From Dubosiella newyorkensis (lineage in GTDB: Bacteria > Bacillota_I > Bacilli_A > Erysipelotrichales > Erysipelotrichaceae): 32,000 nucleotides of DNA. Position 1 is the first letter of the stretch. Every line of letters starts with the position of its first letter. The position numbers were made by a program, and so were the translations under genes. The stretch covers positions 9,874 through 41,873 of the forward strand of contig NZ_MPKA01000042.1 of NCBI RefSeq assembly GCF_001945605.1. The letters are read 5' to 3'. Under the pieces are notes generated by a model. It saw only the letters and a program-made list of their open reading frames with translations, was not told where the DNA came from and ran no database searches. Below, one piece after another: positions 19,915 to 28,323 of the stretch.

Positions 19915-21015
19915 ATGAGAAAAGGAAAGAACATTTATAAACGAAAGGATGGACGATGGGAAGGTAGATATATCAAAGAAAAAAGAGAAGGAAAAATAGT
20001 TTATGGATATGTGTATGGAAAGTCGTATCAAGAAGCTTTGCAGAAAAAGATGGCAGAGGAAAAACATAGTAAAAAGAAAATGATAATAGCGAAGAATGAG
20101 TTTGAACAACTATGTTATGATTGGCTTGAGCGAAAGAGCGATCAAGTCAAGCTTTCATCGATCAATAAGTACGAAAGCATTCTTCATGCCCATATCTTGC
20201 CTTTTTTTAAAAGTCACAATCTAGAGGCGATCACCGACCATACGATCGAAGAATTTCGTAAAGCTTTGCAAGAAAAAAATTTGAGCTCGAAGACGAGGCA
20301 AGATATTTTTGTGGTGCTTCGTTCGATCTTATTTTTTGCGTCAAAGGAATTTTCTGAATTGAAGCAGCTCGATATTCAAATTCCAAAGTGCGAAAAGAAA
20401 AGCGCAGATCGTCTTTCGATCCATGAACAAAAAAAGTTTATTCAATATTTATATATGGATATGGATCGGATCAAGTTTGGAACATACTTAGCGCTCATGA
20501 CAGGTTTGAGGATCGGGGAATTGTGCGCTTTGAAATGGAAAGACATCGTTTTGGAGGAGTCGTATCTTTCGATTCATAATACGATGATTCGTTTAAAAAG
20601 TCCTTCGATTTCAGAAACGAAGACGAGGGTGTTTATTTATCCGCCCAAGAGTCGATCGTCGATTCGAACGATTCCTCTTTCTCCAGATATGGTCGATTTG
20701 TGCATGAAATTTAAAGTGAATGACGAGGAAGCTTATGTTTTAACGGGGTCGAGTTCTAGTTTTATGGAGCCTAGAGTGTTGTCGAATCATATCAAGCAGT
20801 TTCAGCTGGATTGTGGTTTGGATTCGCTTCATTTTCATACGTTTCGGCATTCGTTCGCGACACGGTGCCTAGAGTCGGGCATGGATGTGAAGTCGTTGTC
20901 GGAGGTGCTTGGACATTCATCGTGCAAGATCACTTTGGATACGTATGTTCATGTTTCGATGGATCTAAAAAGACAAGGAATGTTGCAGATGGAAAGAAAG
21001 GTGATGCTGAGGTAA
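19915..21015 (+). CDS. Tyrosine-type site-specific integrase with an AP2/arm-type N-terminal DNA-binding domain
   Basis: IYKRKDGRWEGRY arm domain. Catalytic R in GLRIGELCALKW, then HTFRHSFAT, LGHSS and LDTYVHV (Tyr). SD AGGAGG lies upstream. Confidence 0.9.
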   Translation: MRKGKNIYKRKDGRWEGRYIKEKREGKIVYGYVYGKSYQEALQKKMAEEKHSKKKMIIAKNEFEQLCYDWLERKSDQVKLSSINKYESILHAHILPFFKSHNLEAITDHTIEEFRKALQEKNLSSKTRQDIFVVLRSILFFASKEFSELKQLDIQIPKCEKKSADRLSIHEQKKFIQYLYMDMDRIKFGTYLALMTGLRIGELCALKWKDIVLEESYLSIHNTMIRLKSPSISETKTRVFIYPPKSRSSIRTIPLSPDMVDLCMKFKVNDEEAYVLTGSSSSFMEPRVLSNHIKQFQLDCGLDSLHFHTFRHSFATRCLESGMDVKSLSEVLGHSSCKITLDTYVHVSMDLKRQGMLQMERKVMLR

Positions 21016-21037
21016 GTCGATGTTTCGACTTTTTTTA
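21014..21037 (+). terminator. Intrinsic terminator after the integrase gene
   Basis: gtcga-tgtt-tcgac hairpin followed by T7, directly after the TAA stop. Confidence 0.6.
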
Positions 21038-21067
21038 ATATAAAAATATTTATATAATAAATTTATC

Positions 21068-22759
21068 ATGAAAGAGAAAAGAGAAATCAAATTGTTTGAG
21101 TATCCATTTTCATATGATGGATTGATAGAAATTCGAGGCAATGGGTTTGGCGTAAATTGGCCGCTTGTTTATATCATTCATAATGAAAAAGAGGCTTATA
21201 TTGGAGAAACATCGAATTCGTTGAAGCGGACGAAAAACCATCTTGATTCCAAGAATAAAAAGCATTTGAAACAAATCGTATTGATTTGTGACGAAAGGTT
21301 CAACAAATCGGCGATTTTAGATATCGAACATTTATTGATCGATTATATGAATGCGGATCAAAAATATAAACTTTTGAATTTGAATAATGGACAGAGTCTT
21401 GATCATGATTATTATCAAAAGCAGCTCTACGTGAATATGATCGATTCGATTTGGAAAGAGCTAAGAAAAAAGGAGATCGTTCAAAATGAGCTAAATGTGC
21501 TTAGAAATTCAGATCTTTTCAAGTTCTCTCCGTATAAAACGCTAAACTCGCAACAATATGAGATTTCAGAAGCAATTTTGGATCGAATAACCATGGAATA
21601 CAGCTCTGATAAAAAGATCCCTTTTATTATAGAAGGATCAGCAGGTACGGGAAAAACAATCTTGGCTGTCTACATCATGAAAAAGCTTAGCGAATATATT
21701 CGTTATACTTATAATCTTGCGGATCTAGAGGATGAAGATGAGGAAGATCAAGCTTTTCAATATCACAGAACGGTTTTGAAAAATAGAGATTTTACTTTCG
21801 CGATCGTTATTCCACAAACATCTTTACGAAAGACTTTAAAAAGAGTTTTTAGAAGGATCGCAGGCCTCAAGGCATCCATGGTGCTTGGACCTATGGACGT
21901 TACAAAGAAAAAATACGATCTTCTGATCGTCGATGAAGCGCATAGGCTCACTTCATCTCGAGGAATCACGAACATCAAAGCATTTTATAATGCGAACGAG
22001 AAATTAGGCTTTAATCGAAAAAAAGGAAACCAGCTCGATTGGATCCTTCATCAAAGTCGTTTTCAAATCTTGTTTTATGATCCTACGCAAAGTGTACGGC
22101 CTTCTGATTTGGATCGATCATTTTTTAAAAAAGTGGAAAAAAGTCAATATTTTGAGAAGTTTAGCCTAGATTCACAAATGAGAGTTCGTGGCGGGAAAGA
22201 TTATATTCAATTTATAGACGACGTATTACATTCAAAATCTCCACAAAATACAGGTTTTCCAAATTATGATCTTCGTCTTTTTGACCATATTGAAGATATG
22301 GAAAATGTGATCAAAAAGAAAGAAGAGGCAGTGGGATTGTGCAGGATGGTCTCGGGATACGCTTGGGAATGGAAAAGTAAAACTGACCCGAACTGTTTTG
22401 ATATTAAAATCGAGGGAAAAGAATATCGTTGGAATAGCACGACAGAAGACTGGATCAATTCTGTAAATTCTCTAGAGGAAATCGGATCGATCCACACCGT
22501 TCAAGGATACGATCTGAATTATGCAGGTGTGATCTTGGGAAACGATATCGGATATGATCCGAACAAGCAAGAAGTGATCATCCGCAAAGAAAGCTACTTT
22601 GATAAAAAAGGGAAACAGAATACCACTCCAGAAACATTAGTACCATATATTCTCAATATTTACAAAGTTCTTTTAACTCGTGGAATCATGGGGACATATT
22701 TATATGTTTGCGACCCAGCTTTACGCGAATATATTCGGAACTGTATTCAACTTCATTAG
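21068..22759 (+). CDS. GIY-YIG nuclease domain fused to a DUF2075 (PF09848, Schlafen-type SF1) ATPase/helicase
   Basis: N-terminal blocks VYIIHNEKEAYIGETSN, KRTKNH and ILDIEHLLIDYMN. Walker A GSAGTGKT, Walker B LLIVDEAHRL, IHTVQGYDLNYAGVILG and VLLTRGIMGTYLYV. No SD; a TATAAT lies 9 nt before the ATG. Confidence 0.8.
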   Translation: MKEKREIKLFEYPFSYDGLIEIRGNGFGVNWPLVYIIHNEKEAYIGETSNSLKRTKNHLDSKNKKHLKQIVLICDERFNKSAILDIEHLLIDYMNADQKYKLLNLNNGQSLDHDYYQKQLYVNMIDSIWKELRKKEIVQNELNVLRNSDLFKFSPYKTLNSQQYEISEAILDRITMEYSSDKKIPFIIEGSAGTGKTILAVYIMKKLSEYIRYTYNLADLEDEDEEDQAFQYHRTVLKNRDFTFAIVIPQTSLRKTLKRVFRRIAGLKASMVLGPMDVTKKKYDLLIVDEAHRLTSSRGITNIKAFYNANEKLGFNRKKGNQLDWILHQSRFQILFYDPTQSVRPSDLDRSFFKKVEKSQYFEKFSLDSQMRVRGGKDYIQFIDDVLHSKSPQNTGFPNYDLRLFDHIEDMENVIKKKEEAVGLCRMVSGYAWEWKSKTDPNCFDIKIEGKEYRWNSTTEDWINSVNSLEEIGSIHTVQGYDLNYAGVILGNDIGYDPNKQEVIIRKESYFDKKGKQNTTPETLVPYILNIYKVLLTRGIMGTYLYVCDPALREYIRNCIQLH

Positions 22760-22785
22760 ACTCGTTATGCGAGTCTTTTTGTTTT
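22759..22785 (+). terminator. Intrinsic terminator after the nuclease-helicase gene
   Basis: gactcg / cgagtc stem followed by T5-G-T4. It overlaps the stop codon. Confidence 0.65.
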
Positions 22786-22849
22786 AAATCAACTTTTTTA
22801 ATTTTAGCTTGCGTCCCATTAAAAAAAATGCTATTATAAATGGGCACTT

Positions 22850-22923
22850 AGGGGTATAGTTCAATGGTAGAACAGCGGTCTCCAAAACCGTTGATGTGGG
22901 TTCAACTCCTGCTACCCCTGCCA
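22850..22923 (+). tRNA. tRNA-Trp (anticodon CCA)
   Basis: AGGGGTA acceptor pairs with TACCCCT, followed by G and an encoded CCA. The anticodon loop is CTCCAAA. The T arm is GTGGG-TTCAACT-CCTGC (two mismatches). An extended -10, TGcTATTAT, lies about 10 nt upstream. Confidence 0.9.
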
Positions 22924-22936
22924 TTATGTAGATTCA

Positions 22937-22972
22937 GTTCCAGATGACAAGAAGTTATTTGGGACTTTTTTT
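22937..22972 (+). terminator. Probable intrinsic terminator after tRNA-Trp
   Basis: gttccaga / tttgggac stem (two G-U pairs) followed by T7. Confidence 0.5.
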
Positions 22973-23178
22973 ATTGAATCGATGATAAAGGTGGCAGAAT
23001 TGCCACTTTGATTATGCAGTTAAATTAAAATCATATAAAAAGTACAGAAAGTTTTTTAAAACAAAGGTGCCTGTTGTTTGAGCGTGATTGGTTCGGTCGG
23101 GCTTTAGCCAAAGAACCGGAAAAACTTCGTTTCTATAGAAGAAACTTCATGAAAGTTTCAAGAAGCGGAGGTGAGAAT

Positions 23179-23286
23179 ATGAGTCCTTTCGAAATCATTT
23201 CGATCGTTCTAGTTATCCTAGAAATCATAACTCAACTGATCATTGCGCTGGTAAATGCCAATGAAAAAAGCAACCACGAAAAGTAA
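23179..23286 (+). CDS. 35-aa hydrophobic peptide, type I toxin / holin-like toxin candidate
   Basis: SD GGAGGTG lies 7 nt before ATG 23179. The product, MSPFEIISIVLVILEIITQLIIALVNANEKSNHEK, is one TM helix plus a charged tail. The 5' UTR is long and hairpin-rich. Confidence 0.5.
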   Translation: MSPFEIISIVLVILEIITQLIIALVNANEKSNHEK

Positions 23287-23369
23287 AAAGTTCTGGATTT
23301 CTTCGTAGGTTGCCTATGGAAAAAAATAAATCCGAACCAACTGCTTTGACAAACAGCAGTTCTTTTTAC
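23262..23369 (-). ncRNA. Predicted cis-antisense sRNA (type I antitoxin candidate) convergent with the peptide gene
   Basis: Minus-strand TTACAT (23403-23398), a 16-nt spacer, then TATAAT (23381-23376). Minus-strand terminator hairpin at 23313-23270 followed by T6 (23269-23264). It is complementary to the peptide mRNA 3' UTR and its last ~8 codons. Confidence 0.35.
23339..23367 (+). terminator. Intrinsic terminator of the peptide mRNA
   Basis: aactgct-ttgacaaac-agcagtt hairpin followed by C-T5. Confidence 0.55.
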
Positions 23370-23401
23370 ATCTCCATTATAACTCTTCTTGAACTTCATG
23401 T

Positions 23402-23424
23402 AAAAAAAGTGATCGATCGATCAC
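23402..23424 (-). terminator. Intrinsic terminator after the 122-aa gene (minus strand)
   Basis: 16-bp palindrome gtgatcgatcgatcac followed on the minus strand by T7. Confidence 0.65.
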
Positions 23425-23426
23425 TT

Positions 23427-23795
23427 CTATAAAGAATTATTGCTTTTTTCTTTTTGGAGACGTTGGTTTTTCAACAGTTTGCGCTTGATTTCTTCGGCTA
23501 CCTGCATATCTTTGTGATATGGATCGGTATTATGATAAACAGGTTCTTTTGAAATATAATCGGCAATTGTTTGATCTTTCATCCGAATGCGCAATCCAAC
23601 ATATCCACTTGGTTCAAATAATGCATGAGCCACTATTGTCGTCGCTCCCCCACAGATCTGATGAACAAACGGCTTCGTCTTGCCTTTAAATTTTTTATCT
23701 TCCATCAGAATATCGATCTTTTCGATCGACTCGATCGGATATGGTACGTCGTTAACATAAAATACCGAATCGTTCGCCTTCATTTTAATGGTCAT
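23427..23795 (-). CDS. Hypothetical protein (122 aa, basic C-terminal tail)
   Basis: ORF with SD (AGGAGT) and its own terminator. No family recognised. Confidence 0.55.
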   Translation of the reverse strand: MTIKMKANDSVFYVNDVPYPIESIEKIDILMEDKKFKGKTKPFVHQICGGATTIVAHALFEPSGYVGLRIRMKDQTIADYISKEPVYHNTDPYHKDMQVAEEIKRKLLKNQRLQKEKSNNSL

Positions 23796-23956
23796 GTGAA
23801 CTCCTTTCTATATTGTTTTTATAAACTTATTATATTTGAATGATCATACTTTTTGAACTTCAATACTCTACGTGTTATACGTAAATATGAACCTTTCATC
23901 CACTTAAGGAAGTTTTAAGGAATAGAGCGTATTCTTTAAGCCAAGGAGGAAAGAAA

Positions 23957-24589
23957 ATGAACAGAACAGCAAAAAATGTATTATGCGCCTTTTCGATCGT
24001 AGTTTTGACTTGCTTAGCGATCAAAACTGGATTTGATGTTTTTGAACGAGAAGATTTTGAATATATCGAACAAAGAGACGAATCGTTTGGAGGTTTTGGC
24101 GAAGATCGAGGCTTCACATTCGACGAAGAGGAAGACTGGTTCGAACACTTCCAAGAAAGAGATTTTTTCGAAGACGAAAAATCGAGCGCGACAGAGGATG
24201 AATCGACTACCCAAAACGAAGATTCCGCCAAAAACCAAAGCGTAAAAACAAAAACACGCATGGACCGCGGAAGAATATATCCAACCCGACAAAGAATCAT
24301 GAAACACTCGATCAACGGATATGCCATTATCGTCCTGATCGAAGAAATCTTCGCGATCCTTCTCATCGCCCTGTGGCTTATCTTGTCTAAAGGAAACAAA
24401 AAAACGTTTGCCGAAGTCTTTGCCAAAAAAGAAAGCAACCCCACACCAACAAACCTTCCAGACCTTCCAAAACAAGAAGTTGTGAAAGTCCAAGAAGAAG
24501 AATCTGTTGAAAAAATACAAGAACAAAAAGAAGTCAAAGAAATAAAGACAGAACCAGAAAAAGAACAAGAAGAAAAAACAGAAGAATAA
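23957..24589 (+). CDS. Hypothetical bitopic membrane protein with a D/E/F-rich middle region and an E/K-rich tail
   Basis: SD AAGGAGGA. TM helices near residues 8-24 and 122-144. The acidic repeat-like segment is FEREDFEYIEQRDESFGGFGEDRGFTFDEEEDWFEHFQERDFFEDE. Confidence 0.6.
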   Translation: MNRTAKNVLCAFSIVVLTCLAIKTGFDVFEREDFEYIEQRDESFGGFGEDRGFTFDEEEDWFEHFQERDFFEDEKSSATEDESTTQNEDSAKNQSVKTKTRMDRGRIYPTRQRIMKHSINGYAIIVLIEEIFAILLIALWLILSKGNKKTFAEVFAKKESNPTPTNLPDLPKQEVVKVQEEESVEKIQEQKEVKEIKTEPEKEQEEKTEE

Positions 24590-24617
24590 ATTATAAATAA
24601 GGATCTAAGGAGAATTT

Positions 24618-24908
24618 ATGACAGAGCCAACAAAACTCCAACAACTCGACACACTCTTACAAGAAGTCCAAAACGCAAACCAAACACTCGAACAAGCCCT
24701 ACAAACTGCCAATGAACTCGCACCCAAACTCAAAACCCTAAGAACCTATATGGAAACTGACTTCCTGCAAGACTATGAACAAGTCCAAGAAAATCATCCC
24801 ATCCTGTCGCAAGACGAACTCTACAATACACTCATGGACACTCTAGAAGAAGCGCAACAAATAAAACAAGCAACCCAAGCGCTATTAAATATCCTAGATC
24901 CAAAATGA
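24618..24908 (+). CDS. Small coiled-coil protein, possibly DUF4298-like
   Basis: SD AAGGAGAA. A 96-aa helical sequence with the central motif YMETDFLQDYE ... ILSQDELYN. The family call is from memory only. Confidence 0.5.
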   Translation: MTEPTKLQQLDTLLQEVQNANQTLEQALQTANELAPKLKTLRTYMETDFLQDYEQVQENHPILSQDELYNTLMDTLEEAQQIKQATQALLNILDPK

Positions 24909-24913
24909 ACACA

Positions 24914-24947
24914 TAGAACTGTGCCTGCAACACAGTTCTATTTTTTT
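24914..24947 (+). terminator. Intrinsic terminator
   Basis: tagaactgtg / cacagttcta 10-bp stem followed by T7. Confidence 0.8.
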
Positions 24948-25018
24948 GAATTTTCTTACTTTTCTCTTTGAAATAGCACAAAAATGTACTATAATTTGTT
25001 CAAATCAAGGAGGAAATC

Positions 25019-25540
25019 ATGGAAAAGAAATACTACAACATCACTCTTCTCTCTGGACTGTGTGAAGAAGAAGATGGAACGATCACAGCTACATTGGAAA
25101 AAGAACAAGACACCACCGATATTTACGAAGCAATCACCATCTTTCAAAACTGGATGTCCGAAACCTATGAAGGCGGAACTTTGATCTTAGATGAAGTGTT
25201 CGCACAAATCGATGAAGAAGGAAACACTCTCAAAGAAAGCAAGCCAAGAAATACCATTATCGAATACAATCGAAGCGACATCGAAAATCAAGCGTTCACC
25301 TTCGACATTTGGAGCCAGATCCTCTTTCAAAACTCCAAGTACTACAACATGAAAGAAATCTGCAAACTCGCCAATGTCAGCTATTCATCGTATCGGAATT
25401 TCAAGTCAACTGGCCACTATATGTCGCAAGAAGCCCAAAAAAGAATCCTCAAAGCGATGGCGTATGTGGGAAATCAATGCTGGAATGACAAACTCATTCA
25501 CGAACTCGAAGACATTGAACACAAACTTCTTCATCACTAA
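25019..25540 (+). CDS. Hypothetical protein (173 aa) with an HTH-like C-terminal segment
   Basis: SD AAGGAGGAAA and an upstream TTGAAA-N16-TATAAT promoter. MKEICKLANVSYSSYRNFKSTG resembles a helix-turn-helix. Confidence 0.55.
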   Translation: MEKKYYNITLLSGLCEEEDGTITATLEKEQDTTDIYEAITIFQNWMSETYEGGTLILDEVFAQIDEEGNTLKESKPRNTIIEYNRSDIENQAFTFDIWSQILFQNSKYYNMKEICKLANVSYSSYRNFKSTGHYMSQEAQKRILKAMAYVGNQCWNDKLIHELEDIEHKLLHH

Positions 25541-25568
25541 AAATACGATCATGAATTTTCAACTCGAA

Positions 25569-26907
<1,339 letters not shown>

Positions 26908-26911
26908 TTTT

Positions 26912-26944
26912 AGAGGACGCAGTTTAAAATGCGCCCTCTTTTTT
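26912..26944 (+). terminator. Intrinsic terminator after purA (inside repeat copy A)
   Basis: agaggacgc / gcgccctct stem (one mismatch) followed by T6. Confidence 0.7.
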
Positions 26945-27117
26945 GCTGACTTCGATTCAAAACCAGACATTCATTTCATAATTCCGCCCGATCGACCATT
27001 CCAATACCGAATACGATAGGGAAGATGATCAATACATGGATACTCCTGAATTACTTCTATAGAAAGATCACCGACGAAATTCGAATCAAAGAAAGAAAAC
27101 AAGCAGAAGGAAAACTC

Positions 27118-27157
27118 AAAAAAAAATCATCTAAAAACACCTCTCCAGATGATTTTT
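27118..27157 (-). terminator. Intrinsic terminator after higA (minus strand), inside repeat copy A
   Basis: aaatcatct / agatgattt stem. A run of 9 T follows on the minus strand. Confidence 0.65.
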
Positions 27158-27253
27158 CATTCTTTAATGCAATGACATTGATTCTTTACTCCATTTTGTC
27201 TACTTCTTGCTTAACTCCAGTGGACAAAGATCTCGCAGGACAACATGACATTG

Positions 27254-27577
27254 TTAATTATGACTAGATCCTTTTTTTTCTTTCACATAACTTGTTTCTG
27301 ACATTGGAACAAATTCCAGCTTAACCTGCATATTTAAAGCGCGCGCTATTTTTTTGATCATGTTAAGACTTGGATTTCTGGTTCCACTTTCAATACGGCT
27401 AATATCTGCCTGAGTGATTCCTGTCAATCCCGATAATTCTTTTTGCGTAAGATGCAGTTGTTTGCGAGCATCAATTAGAGTTTGTATAATATCAAATTCA
27501 GGTTGAAGAGCATCGTATTCTGCTTTGATTTGCGGATCTTTTAAGACCTGCGCTTTATATTCTCTATAACTACTCAT
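27254..27577 (-). CDS. higA: XRE-family HTH antitoxin (HigA-like)
   Basis: LTQKELSGLTGITQADISRIESGTRNPSLNMIKKIARAL HTH. It overlaps the toxin gene stop by 8 nt. Confidence 0.8.
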   Translation of the reverse strand: MSSYREYKAQVLKDPQIKAEYDALQPEFDIIQTLIDARKQLHLTQKELSGLTGITQADISRIESGTRNPSLNMIKKIARALNMQVKLEFVPMSETSYVKEKKGSSHN

Positions 27578-27920
27578 AATGATTCCTCCGTATAAAATCA
27601 GCTTTTAATTCTTTAGCACGTTCAACTTCTTTTTTAGGAGTTTTTTGTGTTTTTTTAACAAAACCGTTTGTAAGAACAATCTTTTTTCCTACAATAAAAA
27701 AATAAAGAATGCGGGTGATGTTTGTTCCTTGTTTTGTTCGAAGTTCAAAAATAGTCCCATCAAGAGATTTAGAATAAGGTTCTCGTAAAAATGGTCCATT
27801 TGTTTCAAGCAAATCAATAGTTCGTAAAGTCTTAGCTAAAAGTTTTGGAGATAAAGAATTTAAAAAGTCCTGTACAGGACACTTGCCATCTTTTGTTTCA
27901 TAAAAGATAATTTCATACAT
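27570..27920 (-). CDS. higB: RelE/ParE-superfamily toxin, Gp49/HigB-like (DUF891 type)
   Basis: MYEIIFYETKDGKCPVQDFLNSL ... RILYFFIVGKKIVLTNGFVKKTQKTPKKEVERA matches the Gp49-like toxin pattern. The start is at ATG 27920 after GGGAG. The ORF-track extension has no SD. Confidence 0.85.
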   Translation of the reverse strand: MYEIIFYETKDGKCPVQDFLNSLSPKLLAKTLRTIDLLETNGPFLREPYSKSLDGTIFELRTKQGTNITRILYFFIVGKKIVLTNGFVKKTQKTPKKEVERAKELKADFIRRNHYE

Positions 27921-27942
27921 AATAGCTCCCATTTCTATTTTT

Positions 27943-27971
27943 AGAATATGTTGTATTCGACATATTGTCAA
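27943..27971 (-). promoter_or_regulatory. higBA promoter with overlapping inverted repeat (candidate HigA operator)
   Basis: Minus-strand TTGACA (27971-27966), 17-nt spacer, TATTCT (27948-27943). Inverted repeat AATATGT-N8-ACATATT at 27945-27966. Confidence 0.4.
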
Positions 27972-28049
27972 TGAATTAAAGCTTGTATTTTTTTGTATTC
28001 AAAGTAAAAAAGCATTTTTTCAAAATCATTTAGTTAAGAAATAGCAATC

Positions 28050-28293
28050 TTAGAGGATGTATTTAAATGCACCCTCTTTTTTTGTTATTCAAAGTCAAAC
28101 ATTTTATACTCAGTATTCTGCCCGATCGACCATTCCGATACCGAATACGATAGGGAAGATGATCAATACAAGGATACTCCTAAATAACTTCTGTAGAAAG
28201 ATAGCCAACGAAGTTCGAATCAAAGAAAGAAAACGAGCAGAAGGAAAACTCAAAAAAAATCACCTAGAAATCCATTCCAGATGATTTTTATTC
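28050..28293. repeat. Direct repeat copy B
   Basis: Partner of 26910-27162. It contains a purA-terminator-like hairpin (28052-28079) with no upstream plus-strand gene. It also contains the minus-strand terminator of the XRE operon. Confidence 0.85.
28252..28289 (-). terminator. Intrinsic terminator after the DUF2975-XRE operon (minus strand), inside repeat copy B
   Basis: aaatcacct / agatgattt stem (one mismatch). A run of 8 T follows on the minus strand. Confidence 0.55.
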
Positions 28294-28323
28294 CTTATCA
28301 GTCATTTAGCTTTCGCTATCTTC

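Larger units (their letters stand above)
19915..22785 (+). mobile_element. Candidate minimal integrative islet (integrase plus nuclease-helicase cargo) next to tRNA-Trp
   Basis: A tyrosine integrase and one cargo gene, AT-richer than their neighbours by spot counts and adjacent to a tRNA gene. I could not identify att repeats, so the boundaries are provisional. Confidence 0.3.
26910..27162. repeat. Direct repeat copy A (duplicated purA/XRE intergenic spacer)
   Basis: Aligns by eye with 28050-28293. In the ~140-nt core (26986 onward versus 28119 onward) I counted 11 mismatches. The flanks are more diverged and carry indels. Confidence 0.85.

Noticed and set aside
23074-23178. Upstream 35 codons of the 70-aa track ORF (TTG start) for the small peptide gene
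   Set aside because: The TTG has no SD, whereas GGAGGTG sits 7 nt before the internal ATG at 23179. The upstream part reads better as a structured 5' UTR.
23896-24568. Two long minus-strand ORFs (213 and 184 aa) opposite the acidic membrane-protein gene
   Set aside because: The plus strand is GAA/GAT/AAA-rich, so the opposite strand stays open by composition alone (Phe/Ser-rich products). The plus-strand ORF has a strong SD and TM helices.
27025-27267. 80-aa ORF in repeat copy A and its 75-aa counterpart (28057..28284) in copy B as a conserved small protein
   Set aside because: Across the shared ~33 codons I counted 7 nonsynonymous and 2 synonymous differences. The stop positions differ and the ATG abuts the purine-rich stretch with no spacing. 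The pattern fits non-coding DNA.
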